A DNA stretch of 64,000 nt. Origin: Candidatus Omnitrophota bacterium. Its GTDB lineage: Bacteria; Omnitrophota; Gorgyraeia; Gorgyraeales; Gorgyraeaceae. The translations under genes were made by a program, and so were the position numbers. The stretch's first letter is position 1; every line of letters begins with the position of its first letter. The notes below the pieces were generated by a model, which saw nothing but the letters and a program-made list of their open reading frames with translations, searched no databases and was not told the origin of the DNA. Below, in pieces: positions 28,573 to 38,078 of this stretch. The stretch lies in the NCBI GenBank assembly GCA_043821705.1, contig JBDRCN010000051.1, positions 28,007 through 92,006 of the forward strand. The letters run 5' to 3'.

Positions 28573-29362
28573 TAAGGATGAAGAGGATGTAAGGCAACTA
28601 TTAAAAGAACTTGGCCTTAACACAGTCTGTCAGAGCGCAGTATGCCCTAATATATATGAATGTTTTTCAAAAAAGATCTGCACTTTTTTAATATTAGGGG
28701 AATATTGCACTAGAAGCTGCAGGTTCTGCGCTGTTAAGACAAAGAAAAAATATCTAGAGAGACCTGGCGAAAAAGAGATCTTAAATATAATAGAAGCTAT
28801 TAAAAAGCTTAACCTAGAAAGAATAGTGATAACATCTGTTACTAGGGATGATCTGGAGGATGGGGGCGCAGGACACTTTGCACTGTGCATTCAGAGATTG
28901 AAAAACGCATTCAGAGATCTAGAAATAGAAGTGCTGGTGCCGGATTTTCTTGGGGATAAAGGATCTATAGAGACAGTTGTTAATTCAGGGCCAGATGTAT
29001 TTGCCCATAATATAGAGACAGTCCCAAGACTCTATGAACAAGTAAGACCAGAGGCAGATTACAAGAGGTCGCTACGGGTCTTGGAAGAAGCTAAGAACAT
29101 AAGGCTAGAAATAGTGATAAAAAGTGGGTTGATGTTAGGTCTGAGGGAAAAGAAAGAAGAAGTCCTCGAAGTGATGAATGATCTAAAAAGCATAGGATGT
29201 GACAATATAGTATTAGGCCAATATTTAAGGCCTAATAAAGATTGCATAGAAGTAGATAGGTTTTTAGAGCCTAAAGAATTTGAAGATCTGAAGCTGATCG
29301 CAGAACAGTTTGGTTTTAAAAAAGTTACATCAAGGCCTTTTGCCAGGTCTTCGATTGAATAA
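28496..29362 (+). CDS. lipA: Lipoyl synthase
   Basis: CPNIYEC and CTRSCRFC radical-SAM motifs. The start is uncertain (28496 or 28502). It overlaps the lipB 3' end. Confidence 0.9.
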   Translation: MIMQKTDSSPRSKRFPYWLRQTLINNKDEEDVRQLLKELGLNTVCQSAVCPNIYECFSKKICTFLILGEYCTRSCRFCAVKTKKKYLERPGEKEILNIIEAIKKLNLERIVITSVTRDDLEDGGAGHFALCIQRLKNAFRDLEIEVLVPDFLGDKGSIETVVNSGPDVFAHNIETVPRLYEQVRPEADYKRSLRVLEEAKNIRLEIVIKSGLMLGLREKKEEVLEVMNDLKSIGCDNIVLGQYLRPNKDCIEVDRFLEPKEFEDLKLIAEQFGFKKVTSRPFARSSIE

Positions 29363-29373
29363 AGGGAGGGGAT

Positions 29374-29604
29374 ATGGTAGAATTTAAATTACCTGAACTC
29401 ACAGAAGGGGTCAATGAAGCAGTAGTATCATTCTGGCACTTCAAAGTAGGAGATAGTGTCAAAGAAGGAGATGAGCTAGTAGAGATGGCTACTGATAAAG
29501 CAGCTTTCAATGTGCCTTGTAAGGCTTCGGGCACTCTAAAAGAGATAAAGGCTAATGAAGGGGATACTGTTAAAGTAGGCCAAGTTCTTGCGATAATAGA
29601 ATAA
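29374..29604 (+). CDS. Stand-alone lipoyl/biotin-attachment domain protein (76 aa)
   Basis: The E(M)ATDKA lipoyl-lysine motif (VEMATDKAAFNVP) sits in a single hybrid-barrel-sized domain. An RBS GGGAGGGG lies upstream. Confidence 0.6.
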   Translation: MVEFKLPELTEGVNEAVVSFWHFKVGDSVKEGDELVEMATDKAAFNVPCKASGTLKEIKANEGDTVKVGQVLAIIE

Positions 29605-29740
29605 ATTACTCTAATGACAAATGTCGAATTTCAAATGTCAAATCAATTACTTAAATCCCAATACCAAATTGGAAAATTGGTGATTTGGAATTTATTTGGA
29701 TTTTGTCATTAGTCATTCGGCATTATACGAGGAGGTAAAA

Positions 29741-30226
29741 ATGAAAGAGATTTTAGAGATCCTAAAAAAGGATGCCAGGACTACACCAGAAGAGATCGCA
29801 AAACTCACTAAGAAAAAAATAGCGTCAGTAAAGACCACGATAAAAAAACTAGAAAAAGACGGGGTGATACTTAAATACAAGACTGTCATAAACAATGAAC
29901 TTATAAAAGATGACACTAAGAGTGTGAGAGCTCTTATAGAGGTAAGGATAGCTCCTCAGAGAGGCCATGGATTTGACCAGATAGCTGAGAGGATATATAA
30001 GTTCCCGGAGGTAGTCAGCTGTTACCTTCTTTCAGGGACATATGACCTTCTCTTGGTAGTAGAAGGAAAAGATATACAGGAAGTATCAAGCTTTGTGTCT
30101 GGCAAACTCTCTACATTGGACAATGTAAGGGGAACAGTCACGCACTTCTTGTTAAAAAAATACAAAGAGGACGGGGATATATTGAAAAGAGCTGATAGAG
30201 ATAAAAGGATCGCAATATCGTTTTAG
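29741..30226 (+). CDS. Lrp/AsnC-family transcriptional regulator
   Basis: It has an N-terminal HTH (ILEILKKDARTTPEEIAKLT) and a C-terminal RAM domain. An RBS GAGGAGG is 6 nt upstream of this ATG. The ORF-track start at 29696 is probably too long. Confidence 0.85.
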   Translation: MKEILEILKKDARTTPEEIAKLTKKKIASVKTTIKKLEKDGVILKYKTVINNELIKDDTKSVRALIEVRIAPQRGHGFDQIAERIYKFPEVVSCYLLSGTYDLLLVVEGKDIQEVSSFVSGKLSTLDNVRGTVTHFLLKKYKEDGDILKRADRDKRIAISF

Positions 30227-30265
30227 TTTATCCCTCGACTTCGCTCGGGACAAGAAAGTTTAAAA

Positions 30266-31429
30266 ATGAAAAAAAATATTAAAATTTCAGAAAAAGTTGA
30301 AAAGATGCCACCATCAGGGATAAGGGAGTTCTTTGAGCTTGTTATAGGCATGAAGGATGTCATATCTCTTGGCGTAGGAGAGCCTGATTTTGTTACTCCT
30401 TGGAATATATGCGAGACCAGTATTTTCTCTATAGAAAAAGGCCATACTTCTTACACTTCCAATAAGGGGCTTTTTGAACTCAGGCACGAGATCGCTAGGT
30501 ATATTAAGCAAAAATTCAGCGTTACTTATAGTCCAGAAGACGAGATATTGATCACTACGGGGGTCAGTGAAGCGCTTGATCTGGTCCTAAGGTCTATTAT
30601 TAATCCAGGAGATAAGGTATTGATCCAAGATCCTTGTTATGTTTCGTATTATCCAGTTATTTATCTAGCAGGCGGCAAGGCAGTATCTATGCCTACAAAG
30701 TCTACTGGTTTTAAATTGACCCCTGAGATATTGAAGAAACATATTTCAAAAGGCGTAAAAGCAGTGCTCCTCAACTATCCAGCTAATCCAACAGGCGTGA
30801 CTTATACTAAAAAAGAACTTATAGAACTCTCGAAGGTATTCATAAAGCACGATCTTATCGTGATAAGTGATGAGATATATGATGAATTAACCTATGATTT
30901 CGATCACACGCCACTGAACGCATTGAAGGGGATGAAGGAAAGGACTGTCTATTTAAATGGCTTCTCCAAGAGCTTTGCTATGACTGGGTGGCGCATAGGT
31001 TATGCATGCGGACCTGAAAAAATAATCAGCGCTATGACCAAGATACACCAGTACACTATGCTTTGCTCTCCTATAATGGGCCAGATAGGCGCAATAGAGG
31101 CTTTAAAGAACTCTGAAAAATCTGTATTAGAGATGAAGCGTGAATATAAAAGGAGACGAGAATTTATTTCTGAGGAGCTGAATAGCATGGGGCTTAGCTG
31201 TCCAAAGCCCGAGGGCGCATTCTATATATTTCCATCTATTAAAAAGACCGGTATGAGATCAATGGAATTTTCTAAACAGTTATTAAAAAAAGAAAAAGTT
31301 GCAGTGGTTCCAGGAACTGCTTTTGGCAGAGAGGGTGAAGGGTATGTCAGGATTTGTTATGCTTTGGAGCTCGTAAAGCTGAAAGAGGCAAGTTCTCGCA
31401 TAAGACATTTCCTAAAGAAATATGCATAA
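30266..31429 (+). CDS. Class I/II PLP-dependent aminotransferase (aspartate/alanine aminotransferase-like)
   Basis: 387 aa with the PLP-lysine motif SFSKSFAMTGWRIGY. Confidence 0.85.
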   Translation: MKKNIKISEKVEKMPPSGIREFFELVIGMKDVISLGVGEPDFVTPWNICETSIFSIEKGHTSYTSNKGLFELRHEIARYIKQKFSVTYSPEDEILITTGVSEALDLVLRSIINPGDKVLIQDPCYVSYYPVIYLAGGKAVSMPTKSTGFKLTPEILKKHISKGVKAVLLNYPANPTGVTYTKKELIELSKVFIKHDLIVISDEIYDELTYDFDHTPLNALKGMKERTVYLNGFSKSFAMTGWRIGYACGPEKIISAMTKIHQYTMLCSPIMGQIGAIEALKNSEKSVLEMKREYKRRREFISEELNSMGLSCPKPEGAFYIFPSIKKTGMRSMEFSKQLLKKEKVAVVPGTAFGREGEGYVRICYALELVKLKEASSRIRHFLKKYA

Positions 31430-32540
31430 AAATAAAAAAATACTTCTCTTGTATATCACATTGAACTCTGGGCATCACAGAGCTAGCTGCGCGATAGAGA
31501 ACGCACTGAAGGATATCTCCCCCTCAATAGAGACCTTAAACATCAATGCCTTTGTTTATACAAATCCTATCTTCGAGAAGATAATCAACCGGACTTACAT
31601 GACAGTTATAAAAAATAGACCAGAGGTCTGGGATTATCTTTACGATAACCCGAAAGTGTTAAAAAGCGTGCAGGGTTTAAGGGATGTGATACATAAGCAT
31701 AATTCGAAGAAACTTAAAAATCTTTTAGAGGATTTCAAACCTGATGTTTGTGTGTGCACTCAGGCATTTCCATGTGGCATGATAGCTGACTACAAAAAGA
31801 ACCTTAAGCTGGACCTGCCACTTTTAGGCGTACTTACTGACAATGCTCCTCATTCTTACTGGATATTTGAAGATGTTGATTATTACATTGTCCCATCAGA
31901 TAGAAGTAAAAAACAATTCGTGAAGAACGGGGTCCCAGAAAAAAAGATAAAAGACTTTGGTATTCCTATTGATCCACGATTTAAGATAGGCCACAATAAA
32001 GACGAGATATGCAAGACTTTAGGCTTAAACCCAATGCTCCCGACAGTTTTGATCATGGGGGGTAGTCAGGGGCTTGGGCCAGTAGAGAGCGTGTTGGATA
32101 TATTAGAGTACCTTGAGGTTAGTTTCCAGATAGCTGTAGTATGCGGTAGCAATGATAAGTTAAAAAACACCCTTATTAAAAAAAGTCAGAGATACAAGAG
32201 GCGGCTTTGCGTCTTTGGCCTTATAAATAATATTGATGAATTAATGGAGGTCTCGAGCATTGTCATTACTAAGCCAGGAGGCCTTACTACAAGTGAAGCG
32301 CTGAGTAAAGGCCTTCCCATGATGATAGTAAATCCTCTTCCAGGACAGGAACAGAAGAACACACAGTATCTTTTAGATGCAGGTGTTGCTGTGAAGGCAG
32401 ATGACAGGGAGGATATTGCAACCCTCTTACAAGAGCTTCTCCTAAGCACTACTAAACTTGAAGAGATGAAGACCCAGACCGAAAAACTTAAAAAACCTAA
32501 TTCAGCGATCGATACAGCTAACCTTATAATTAGTCTATAG
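31422..32540 (+). CDS. MGDG-synthase-like glycosyltransferase (GT28; diacylglycerol glycosyltransferase family)
   Basis: It has N-terminal ILLLYITLNSGHHRASCAIENAL and a C-terminal GT-B nucleotide-binding half. Confidence 0.7.
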   Translation: MHKNKKILLLYITLNSGHHRASCAIENALKDISPSIETLNINAFVYTNPIFEKIINRTYMTVIKNRPEVWDYLYDNPKVLKSVQGLRDVIHKHNSKKLKNLLEDFKPDVCVCTQAFPCGMIADYKKNLKLDLPLLGVLTDNAPHSYWIFEDVDYYIVPSDRSKKQFVKNGVPEKKIKDFGIPIDPRFKIGHNKDEICKTLGLNPMLPTVLIMGGSQGLGPVESVLDILEYLEVSFQIAVVCGSNDKLKNTLIKKSQRYKRRLCVFGLINNIDELMEVSSIVITKPGGLTTSEALSKGLPMMIVNPLPGQEQKNTQYLLDAGVAVKADDREDIATLLQELLLSTTKLEEMKTQTEKLKKPNSAIDTANLIISL

Positions 32541-32543
32541 CTA

Positions 32544-33425
32544 ATGATATTCTATCTTTTATATAAATTTGGACATTTCCTGGCAAATACCCTGTCGATT
32601 AAGCACGCTTACTTTGTAGCAGAGAGATTTTCTGATGTGCAATGTTTCCTGTCAAGAAAAGATAGGAGAGCTGTGCAGGAGAATCTAAGCAAGGTCCTTA
32701 ATAAGAAGCCAGAGGAGTGTTTAGGTTTGGCTCGCAAGGCATTTAGGAATTTTGGGCTATATCTGGTGGATTTTTTCAGGGTTACGCAGTACACAAAAGA
32801 GGACTTTAAGAAAAGAGTAAAGATAGTCGGCCTTGAAAATGTAGATAATGTCTTAAAACAAGGTCGAGGCGTAATAGTCCTATCAGCTCATCTAGGGAAT
32901 TGGGAGATAGCAGGGATCGCCATGGGTGCGAGAGGTTATGATATAAGTGCTGTAACTTTGAACCACAAGCATAAGAATATAGATGATTTTTTTATTGACC
33001 AGAGAGAGAAAAAAGGCATGAAGGTCATAACCATGAACTCTGCTATGAAAAAATGCGTATCATGCTTACGTAAGGCAGGACTTCTAGCTCTTTTAGGGGA
33101 CAGGGATTTTACAGATTCAGGAGTGATGTTAAAGTTTTTTGGGAAAGAGACCAGCATACCCAAAGGGCCTGTGCTTCTCAGCCTTAAGACGAATGCTGCG
33201 ATCATCCCAGGATTCGGTATAAGGACGAGCAGGTTTGACTACACGCTCTTTTTTGAAGAACCTCTAGATATCAAGGTTGATGAAAGTTTAGATAAAAGAG
33301 AAGCTATAAAAGAAGCAGTAAAAGCTACTATACCTATAATGGAAAAATATATAAAAAAATACCCTGAACAATGGTTGGTCTTTAGAAGATTCTGGGAAAA
33401 GATAGAGGACCCGATGGCATTATGA
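32544..33425 (+). CDS. Lysophospholipid/lipid A-type acyltransferase (LpxL/HtrB family)
   Basis: AHLGNWE HX4E/D motif. 293 aa. Confidence 0.7.
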   Translation: MIFYLLYKFGHFLANTLSIKHAYFVAERFSDVQCFLSRKDRRAVQENLSKVLNKKPEECLGLARKAFRNFGLYLVDFFRVTQYTKEDFKKRVKIVGLENVDNVLKQGRGVIVLSAHLGNWEIAGIAMGARGYDISAVTLNHKHKNIDDFFIDQREKKGMKVITMNSAMKKCVSCLRKAGLLALLGDRDFTDSGVMLKFFGKETSIPKGPVLLSLKTNAAIIPGFGIRTSRFDYTLFFEEPLDIKVDESLDKREAIKEAVKATIPIMEKYIKKYPEQWLVFRRFWEKIEDPMAL

Positions 33426-34090
33426 ATGTATTTATTGTGATCCCTACATATAATGAATCAAGGACAATAGGCTATATTGTCAGTAGGCTCATTGAAAAAG
33501 GCTTTAGGGTCGTGGTGATAGATGACGGCTCAAAAGACCATACCATAGTAGATGCGAATAGATATGGAGCTGACCTGATAGTACATGAAAAAAATGTCGG
33601 AAAAGGCAGGTGTTTAAGAGAGGGCCTAGAATACGCTATTGAGAATGGCTGTGACGTAGCTATTACTATGGATGGAGATGGTCAACACGATCTAAGAGAG
33701 ATAAATAAGTTTATTGAAAAACATAGAGAGACAGGGGCTGATATTGTAATAGGGGACAGGATGCATGATCCTAAGAAGATGCCTCTAGTGCGGCGTTGGA
33801 CAAATAGATTTATGTCGTTTTTGGTCTCCAGTATGCTTGGGCAGAAGATAAGTGATTCGCAGTGTGGCTACAGGCTGATCTCTAGAAAGGCCATAGAAAA
33901 GATGAATCTCAAGACCAGTAAGTACGAGATAGATTCTGAAATACTCCTGGAGGCAAAACGCCATGGCCTCAAGATAACATCCGTGGACATCGCCTCGATA
34001 TATGGGGAAGAGTACAGCCAGATCCACCCATTTTTTGATACCATAAGGTTTATAAGGTTTATCATCTATGCTTCAAGAAAAAATATTTAA
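33422..34090 (+). CDS. Glycosyltransferase family 2 (polyprenol-phosphate glycosyltransferase-like)
   Basis: VFIVIPTYNESRTIGYIV...VVIDDGSKD...TMDGDGQHD. Confidence 0.8.
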   Translation: MNVFIVIPTYNESRTIGYIVSRLIEKGFRVVVIDDGSKDHTIVDANRYGADLIVHEKNVGKGRCLREGLEYAIENGCDVAITMDGDGQHDLREINKFIEKHRETGADIVIGDRMHDPKKMPLVRRWTNRFMSFLVSSMLGQKISDSQCGYRLISRKAIEKMNLKTSKYEIDSEILLEAKRHGLKITSVDIASIYGEEYSQIHPFFDTIRFIRFIIYASRKNI

Positions 34091-34562
34091 TTTTTTATAT
34101 TCATTTGGCTGGGATACGAGAGTCTTGATCACGTTTTTAGGGACTTTGCCTGTGACTGAGCTCAGGGCATCTATCCCTATAGGCATTCTAGTGTTGAAAG
34201 AAAATGTTAAGTTTGTGGTATTTTATTCTATACTGGGAAACCTTATACCTATTGCGCCTATCTATTTTTTATTAGACCCGATCTCAAAGAAACTATCAAA
34301 GACCCCTATAATGAAGAGATTTTTTGACTGGCTTTTTGCGAGGGCCAAGAAAAGAGCTGGACTGATCGAAAAGTATGAAGCCATTGGTTTAGCGCTTTTT
34401 GTAGGCATTCCTTTGCCAGGAACAGGTGTGTGGACAGGATGCTTGATCGCTTCTCTTCTACGGATGAGGTTTTTGCCGACATTCATCGCAGCGACTATAG
34501 GTGTATTCATCGCAGCGACTATTGTGACCTTGCTTACACTATTAGGCAAGCTGGCTTTTTAA
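34068..34562 (+). CDS. Small multi-TM membrane protein (putative small multidrug-export-like family)
   Basis: 164 aa and hydrophobic, with an IPLPGTGVWTG motif. Confidence 0.45.
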   Translation: MLQEKIFNFLYSFGWDTRVLITFLGTLPVTELRASIPIGILVLKENVKFVVFYSILGNLIPIAPIYFLLDPISKKLSKTPIMKRFFDWLFARAKKRAGLIEKYEAIGLALFVGIPLPGTGVWTGCLIASLLRMRFLPTFIAATIGVFIAATIVTLLTLLGKLAF

Positions 34563-34563
34563 T

Positions 34564-35082
34564 ATGATCCATATCTATACTGGCAATGCAAAAGGTAAGA
34601 CTACATGTGCGATAGGCCTTGCAGTAAGGGCTAGAGGCCAAGGACTAAAGGTCGCGATCTTCCAATTCTTAAAGCCAAAGGCTATCCAGTCCGGCGAAGA
34701 AAAACTCTTAAAAAAAATAAAAGGCATAGAGCTTGTTAAATTTGACCAGATGCACCCTATGTTTCACTCTGGTGATGTGAATTTTTTAAAGCTTAAAGAA
34801 GGTATAGAGAAAGACTTTAAAAAAATAGAAAAAACTGTCTTGAGTAAAAAATATGACATGGTTATATTGGATGAAGTTATAAATGCAGTGGATCAAAACT
34901 TTATTGATATAGAAAAATTTATAAAATTACTTAAAAAAGCTCCTAAGGATGTAGAGATCGTCCTAACTGGCCGCGGTGATATTTCAAACCTGGAGCTATT
35001 TGCAGATTACATAACAGTAATGGTGGAGAAAAAGCATCCTTTCAGAAAACAAAAACTTGCAAGAAAAGGGATCGAATATTGA
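34564..35082 (+). CDS. cobO: Corrinoid adenosyltransferase (CobA/CobO/BtuR family)
   Basis: IHIYTGNAKGKTTCAIGLAVRA P-loop and VILDEV. Confidence 0.8.
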   Translation: MIHIYTGNAKGKTTCAIGLAVRARGQGLKVAIFQFLKPKAIQSGEEKLLKKIKGIELVKFDQMHPMFHSGDVNFLKLKEGIEKDFKKIEKTVLSKKYDMVILDEVINAVDQNFIDIEKFIKLLKKAPKDVEIVLTGRGDISNLELFADYITVMVEKKHPFRKQKLARKGIEY

Positions 35083-35083
35083 G

Positions 35084-35152
35084 AAACAAGGGACACATCC
35101 CATTTTTTAGGGTTTTTGAAAGGTATAAAAAAATGGGATGTGTCCCTTGTTT
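35084..35152 (+). promoter_or_regulatory. Perfect 19-bp inverted repeat (AAACAAGGGACACATCCCA / TGGGATGTGTCCCTTGTTT) with a 31-nt loop. The 3' arm contains the start codon of the btuF-like gene.
   Basis: The arms at 35084-35102 and 35134-35152 are exact reverse complements. The ATG is at 35133. Confidence 0.7.
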
Positions 35153-35930
35153 AGTGTTACTTTTATGTACACTATTTTTTTTTCCAGTCCCCTCCCAAGC
35201 AGGGCAATATAAAATAGTTTCTCTTGCTCCTAATGTGACTGAGATCTTATTTAAGCTTGGCTTAGGAGAAAATGTTATAGGTGCAGATGATTTTTCAGAT
35301 TTTCCAGAAGAAGCCAAGGACATCGAGAAATTAGGAGCCTTTAATAACCCAAACATAGAAAGAATGATACTTTTAAGGCCTGATTATATTTTTATAAGTG
35401 CCAGTTTTGACAGTGAGAAGAAGAGATTCTTAGAGTCATTGGGAATAAAGGTTGTTAGAGTATCCCCCATGTCATTCGATGAACTAAAAAAAGATATAGG
35501 TATGCTTGGGGATATATTTAATAGAGGAGAAGAAGCAGGTTCTATATTGGAAGATATTGATAAAAGGTTGCGAAGCCTACCAATAAATGCTGATGGTAAC
35601 AGGCCAAAAATATTTATAGCGCTTTCAATGGACCCTCTTATAACTGTATCAAGTTTTGTAGGGGATCTGATAGATCTTGCAGGTGGGGAAAACATCGCAG
35701 ATGACATGAAAAAAGATAGTGGCATTTTTAGCATAGAGGCTCTCATCGATAGAGATCCTGACATAATAATTGCTTCGGGTTTCATAGAAGATCTAAACCT
35801 ACCAAGATCTATAAGCGCTATTAAGAATAATAGAGTATATAAGGATCTTCCAGCTGATATTCTCCTTAGGCCTGGACCGAGATCCATAGATGCCATTGAA
35901 ATATTAAATAAGGTATTTTATGAGAATTAA
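35133..35930 (+). CDS. ABC transporter periplasmic substrate-binding protein (cobalamin/siderophore type, BtuF-like)
   Basis: Signal peptide MGCVPCLVLLLCTLFFFPVPSQA, then YKIVSLAPNVTEILFKLGLGENVIGAD. The ORF-track start at 35079 is likely too far upstream. Confidence 0.8.
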   Translation: MGCVPCLVLLLCTLFFFPVPSQAGQYKIVSLAPNVTEILFKLGLGENVIGADDFSDFPEEAKDIEKLGAFNNPNIERMILLRPDYIFISASFDSEKKRFLESLGIKVVRVSPMSFDELKKDIGMLGDIFNRGEEAGSILEDIDKRLRSLPINADGNRPKIFIALSMDPLITVSSFVGDLIDLAGGENIADDMKKDSGIFSIEALIDRDPDIIIASGFIEDLNLPRSISAIKNNRVYKDLPADILLRPGPRSIDAIEILNKVFYEN

Positions 35931-36867
35931 GATCAGTACTTTTTTAATCATCTGTGTTTTAATCTTGATAGTAGTTAGTGTTTTAAGCCTGGTCCTCGGG
36001 AGCGTAAATTTCACTCTTAATAAAGAAATACTGAAACTAAGGTTTTTCAGGATAGTCTTAGCTATTATTGCTGGAGGCGGCCTTGCATTGGCAGGACTGA
36101 TCTTGCAAGCTCTTTTAAGAAATCCTCTCGCAGAGCCATATGTATTAGGTGTCTCATCTGGTTCAGGTCTGGGAGCTGTAATAGGGCTACTTTTTTTTGA
36201 AAGAATGATCTTTGCTAATAGCTTCGGTTTTATAGGAGGTATTTTAACTATAATTCTGGTGTCAGAACTCGCAAAGGTCAATAAAAGGACAAGTTCTGAA
36301 AACATGATCATCGCTGGGATCATAGTGAATGCATTATTTTCAAGCATTCTCATGTTTTTTGTATCAAATTCATTCAGCCCGAAGATACATTCAGTGATCT
36401 GGTGGCTTCTTGGGAATCTACAAGTTTATAAACTGAGCAATGTGATTATTCCTGGGATAATTTTACTAGCAGGTTTATTTATAACACAGTTTTATTCAAA
36501 AGAGCTAAATGCCATGAGTCTAGGAGAAGAAGAAGCGCTTCACTTAGGGGTAAATGTCGAAGTAGTTAAAAAGATCCTTCTGATCACTGCAACCTTGGTT
36601 ACGAGCATAATCGTTTCAATGTGCGGGATAATAGGATTCGTAGGGCTAATGATACCTCATATGGCAAGGCGTTTAATAGGGCCAGACCATAGAAAGCTCG
36701 TTCCAGCTTCAGTTTTAATGGGAGGAATATTTCTTTTAATATGCGATCTTATTTCTAGAACTATTATTTCCCCTAGAGAGATACCAGTAGGTGTGATCAC
36801 AGCATTTATTGGCGTCCCATTTTTTATCTATATCTTGAGAAGGACCAGAAAGGTGTATTTTAAGTAG
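35920..36867 (+). CDS. ABC transporter permease (FecCD/BtuC family)
   Basis: 315 aa and polytopic, with the FecCD family motif region. Confidence 0.85.
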   Translation: MRIKISTFLIICVLILIVVSVLSLVLGSVNFTLNKEILKLRFFRIVLAIIAGGGLALAGLILQALLRNPLAEPYVLGVSSGSGLGAVIGLLFFERMIFANSFGFIGGILTIILVSELAKVNKRTSSENMIIAGIIVNALFSSILMFFVSNSFSPKIHSVIWWLLGNLQVYKLSNVIIPGIILLAGLFITQFYSKELNAMSLGEEEALHLGVNVEVVKKILLITATLVTSIIVSMCGIIGFVGLMIPHMARRLIGPDHRKLVPASVLMGGIFLLICDLISRTIISPREIPVGVITAFIGVPFFIYILRRTRKVYFK

Positions 36868-36890
36868 CAATAAGCTCCCGCATCTAGAAA

Positions 36891-37736
36891 GTGTTTAAAT
36901 ATTCCGGCAAGATGCAGGAGCTGGGACGGTTAACATATATGTTAGAATTTCGTAATGTTACAAGCGGATATCACGATACAGAGATATTAAAAGGCATCTC
37001 TTTTAATATAGAGAAGGGGGATTTTGTCGGTATTATCGGGCCAAATGGTTCAGGAAAATCCACGCTTTTAAAAACAGCTACAAAGATAATAAAAATATCT
37101 AAAGGAGAGGTGTTGTTAGAAGGGAAACCAATAAATGAGATCTCATTAAGAGAAATGTCTACGCGCATAGCCATAGTTCCGCAAGACACTCTTTTTATGT
37201 TCCCCTTTAAGGTAATGGATATAGTTTTGATGGGCAGGATCCCTTTTATTAATGATAGATTTGGGAAAGAATCTAAAAAAGACCTAGAAATAGCAGAAGG
37301 GTCTTTAAGATCAGTAGATGCGCTTCACTTAAGAGACAGGTATTTGGATGAGCTTAGTGGTGGAGAGAGGCAACGCGTAATAATCGCCAAAGCATTAGCG
37401 CAGGAACCTGCAGTTTTATTTTTAGATGAGCCTACTACACACCTAGATATTCAACACCAGGTTGACATATTCAGTTTATTAAGCAATCTTAATAGGGAAA
37501 AGAATATTACAGTTATTGCGATAATGCATGATTTAAATCTAGCATCGAGTTATTGCAATGATCTGATATTATTAAGTGAAGGCAGAGTAAAGAAGCAAGG
37601 AACACCTCAAGAAGTTTTGGATTATAAGATAATAGAAGAAGTTTATAAGACGGTAGTGATCGTAAAAGATAACCCCATAAGCAAAAGGCCGCATGTATTT
37701 TTAGTAAAACAAGAAAGGAAACTGTTTCCAAACTAA
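36891..37736 (+). CDS. ABC transporter ATP-binding protein (BtuD/FecE-like)
   Basis: Walker A GPNGSGKSTLL, LSGGERQRV, Walker B LFLDEPT. Confidence 0.85.
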   Translation: MFKYSGKMQELGRLTYMLEFRNVTSGYHDTEILKGISFNIEKGDFVGIIGPNGSGKSTLLKTATKIIKISKGEVLLEGKPINEISLREMSTRIAIVPQDTLFMFPFKVMDIVLMGRIPFINDRFGKESKKDLEIAEGSLRSVDALHLRDRYLDELSGGERQRVIIAKALAQEPAVLFLDEPTTHLDIQHQVDIFSLLSNLNREKNITVIAIMHDLNLASSYCNDLILLSEGRVKKQGTPQEVLDYKIIEEVYKTVVIVKDNPISKRPHVFLVKQERKLFPN

Positions 37737-37834
37737 TCGGGAAAGTGGGTTCGGAAAAAGTTGCAGGTTAATAAAAGCTTGACAGGTTTTTAGAACTGTA
37801 GTATAAAGAAGTTAATTGAATATTTATTTTTATA

Positions 37835-37985
37835 TTGTCTAAGGGAAGCTGGTGAGATGCCAGCGCAGCCCCGCTGCTGTAATAGGGTACGAAAGCTAAC
37901 ACTAAGCCATTATCTGCTCACGAAGCGGACGAGAAGGCGTTAGCAAGTAGAGAGATCCTTAAGTCAGAAAACCTTACAGTATATT
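37835..37985 (+). ncRNA. Cobalamin (B12) riboswitch
   Basis: GGGAAGCTGGTGAGATGCCAGCGCAGCCCCGCTGCTGTAA matches the conserved core (GGGAA-GGTG-CC...CCCGC-CTGTAA). It is followed by GTCAGAAAACC, and then by expression-platform hairpins and a terminator. Confidence 0.7.
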
Positions 37986-38078
37986 TTTCTTAAAAACCTC
38001 CGCGAAGGACGGAGATTTAAGAGTTCTATGATTATAAAGGTAATCATAGAGCGATAGAGGCTGATAAAACGTGGGATC

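Noticed and set aside
35384-36353. Two minus-strand ORFs (170 and 149 aa) spanning the btuF/btuC region
   Set aside because: They are antisense to convincing ABC substrate-binding and permease genes. Their translations look like mirror-frame noise.
37985-38075. CCTCCGCGAAGGACGGAG hairpin after the riboswitch, resembling the start of the REP palindrome
   Set aside because: It shares only CCTCCGC with the REP family. It is better explained as part of the riboswitch expression platform.
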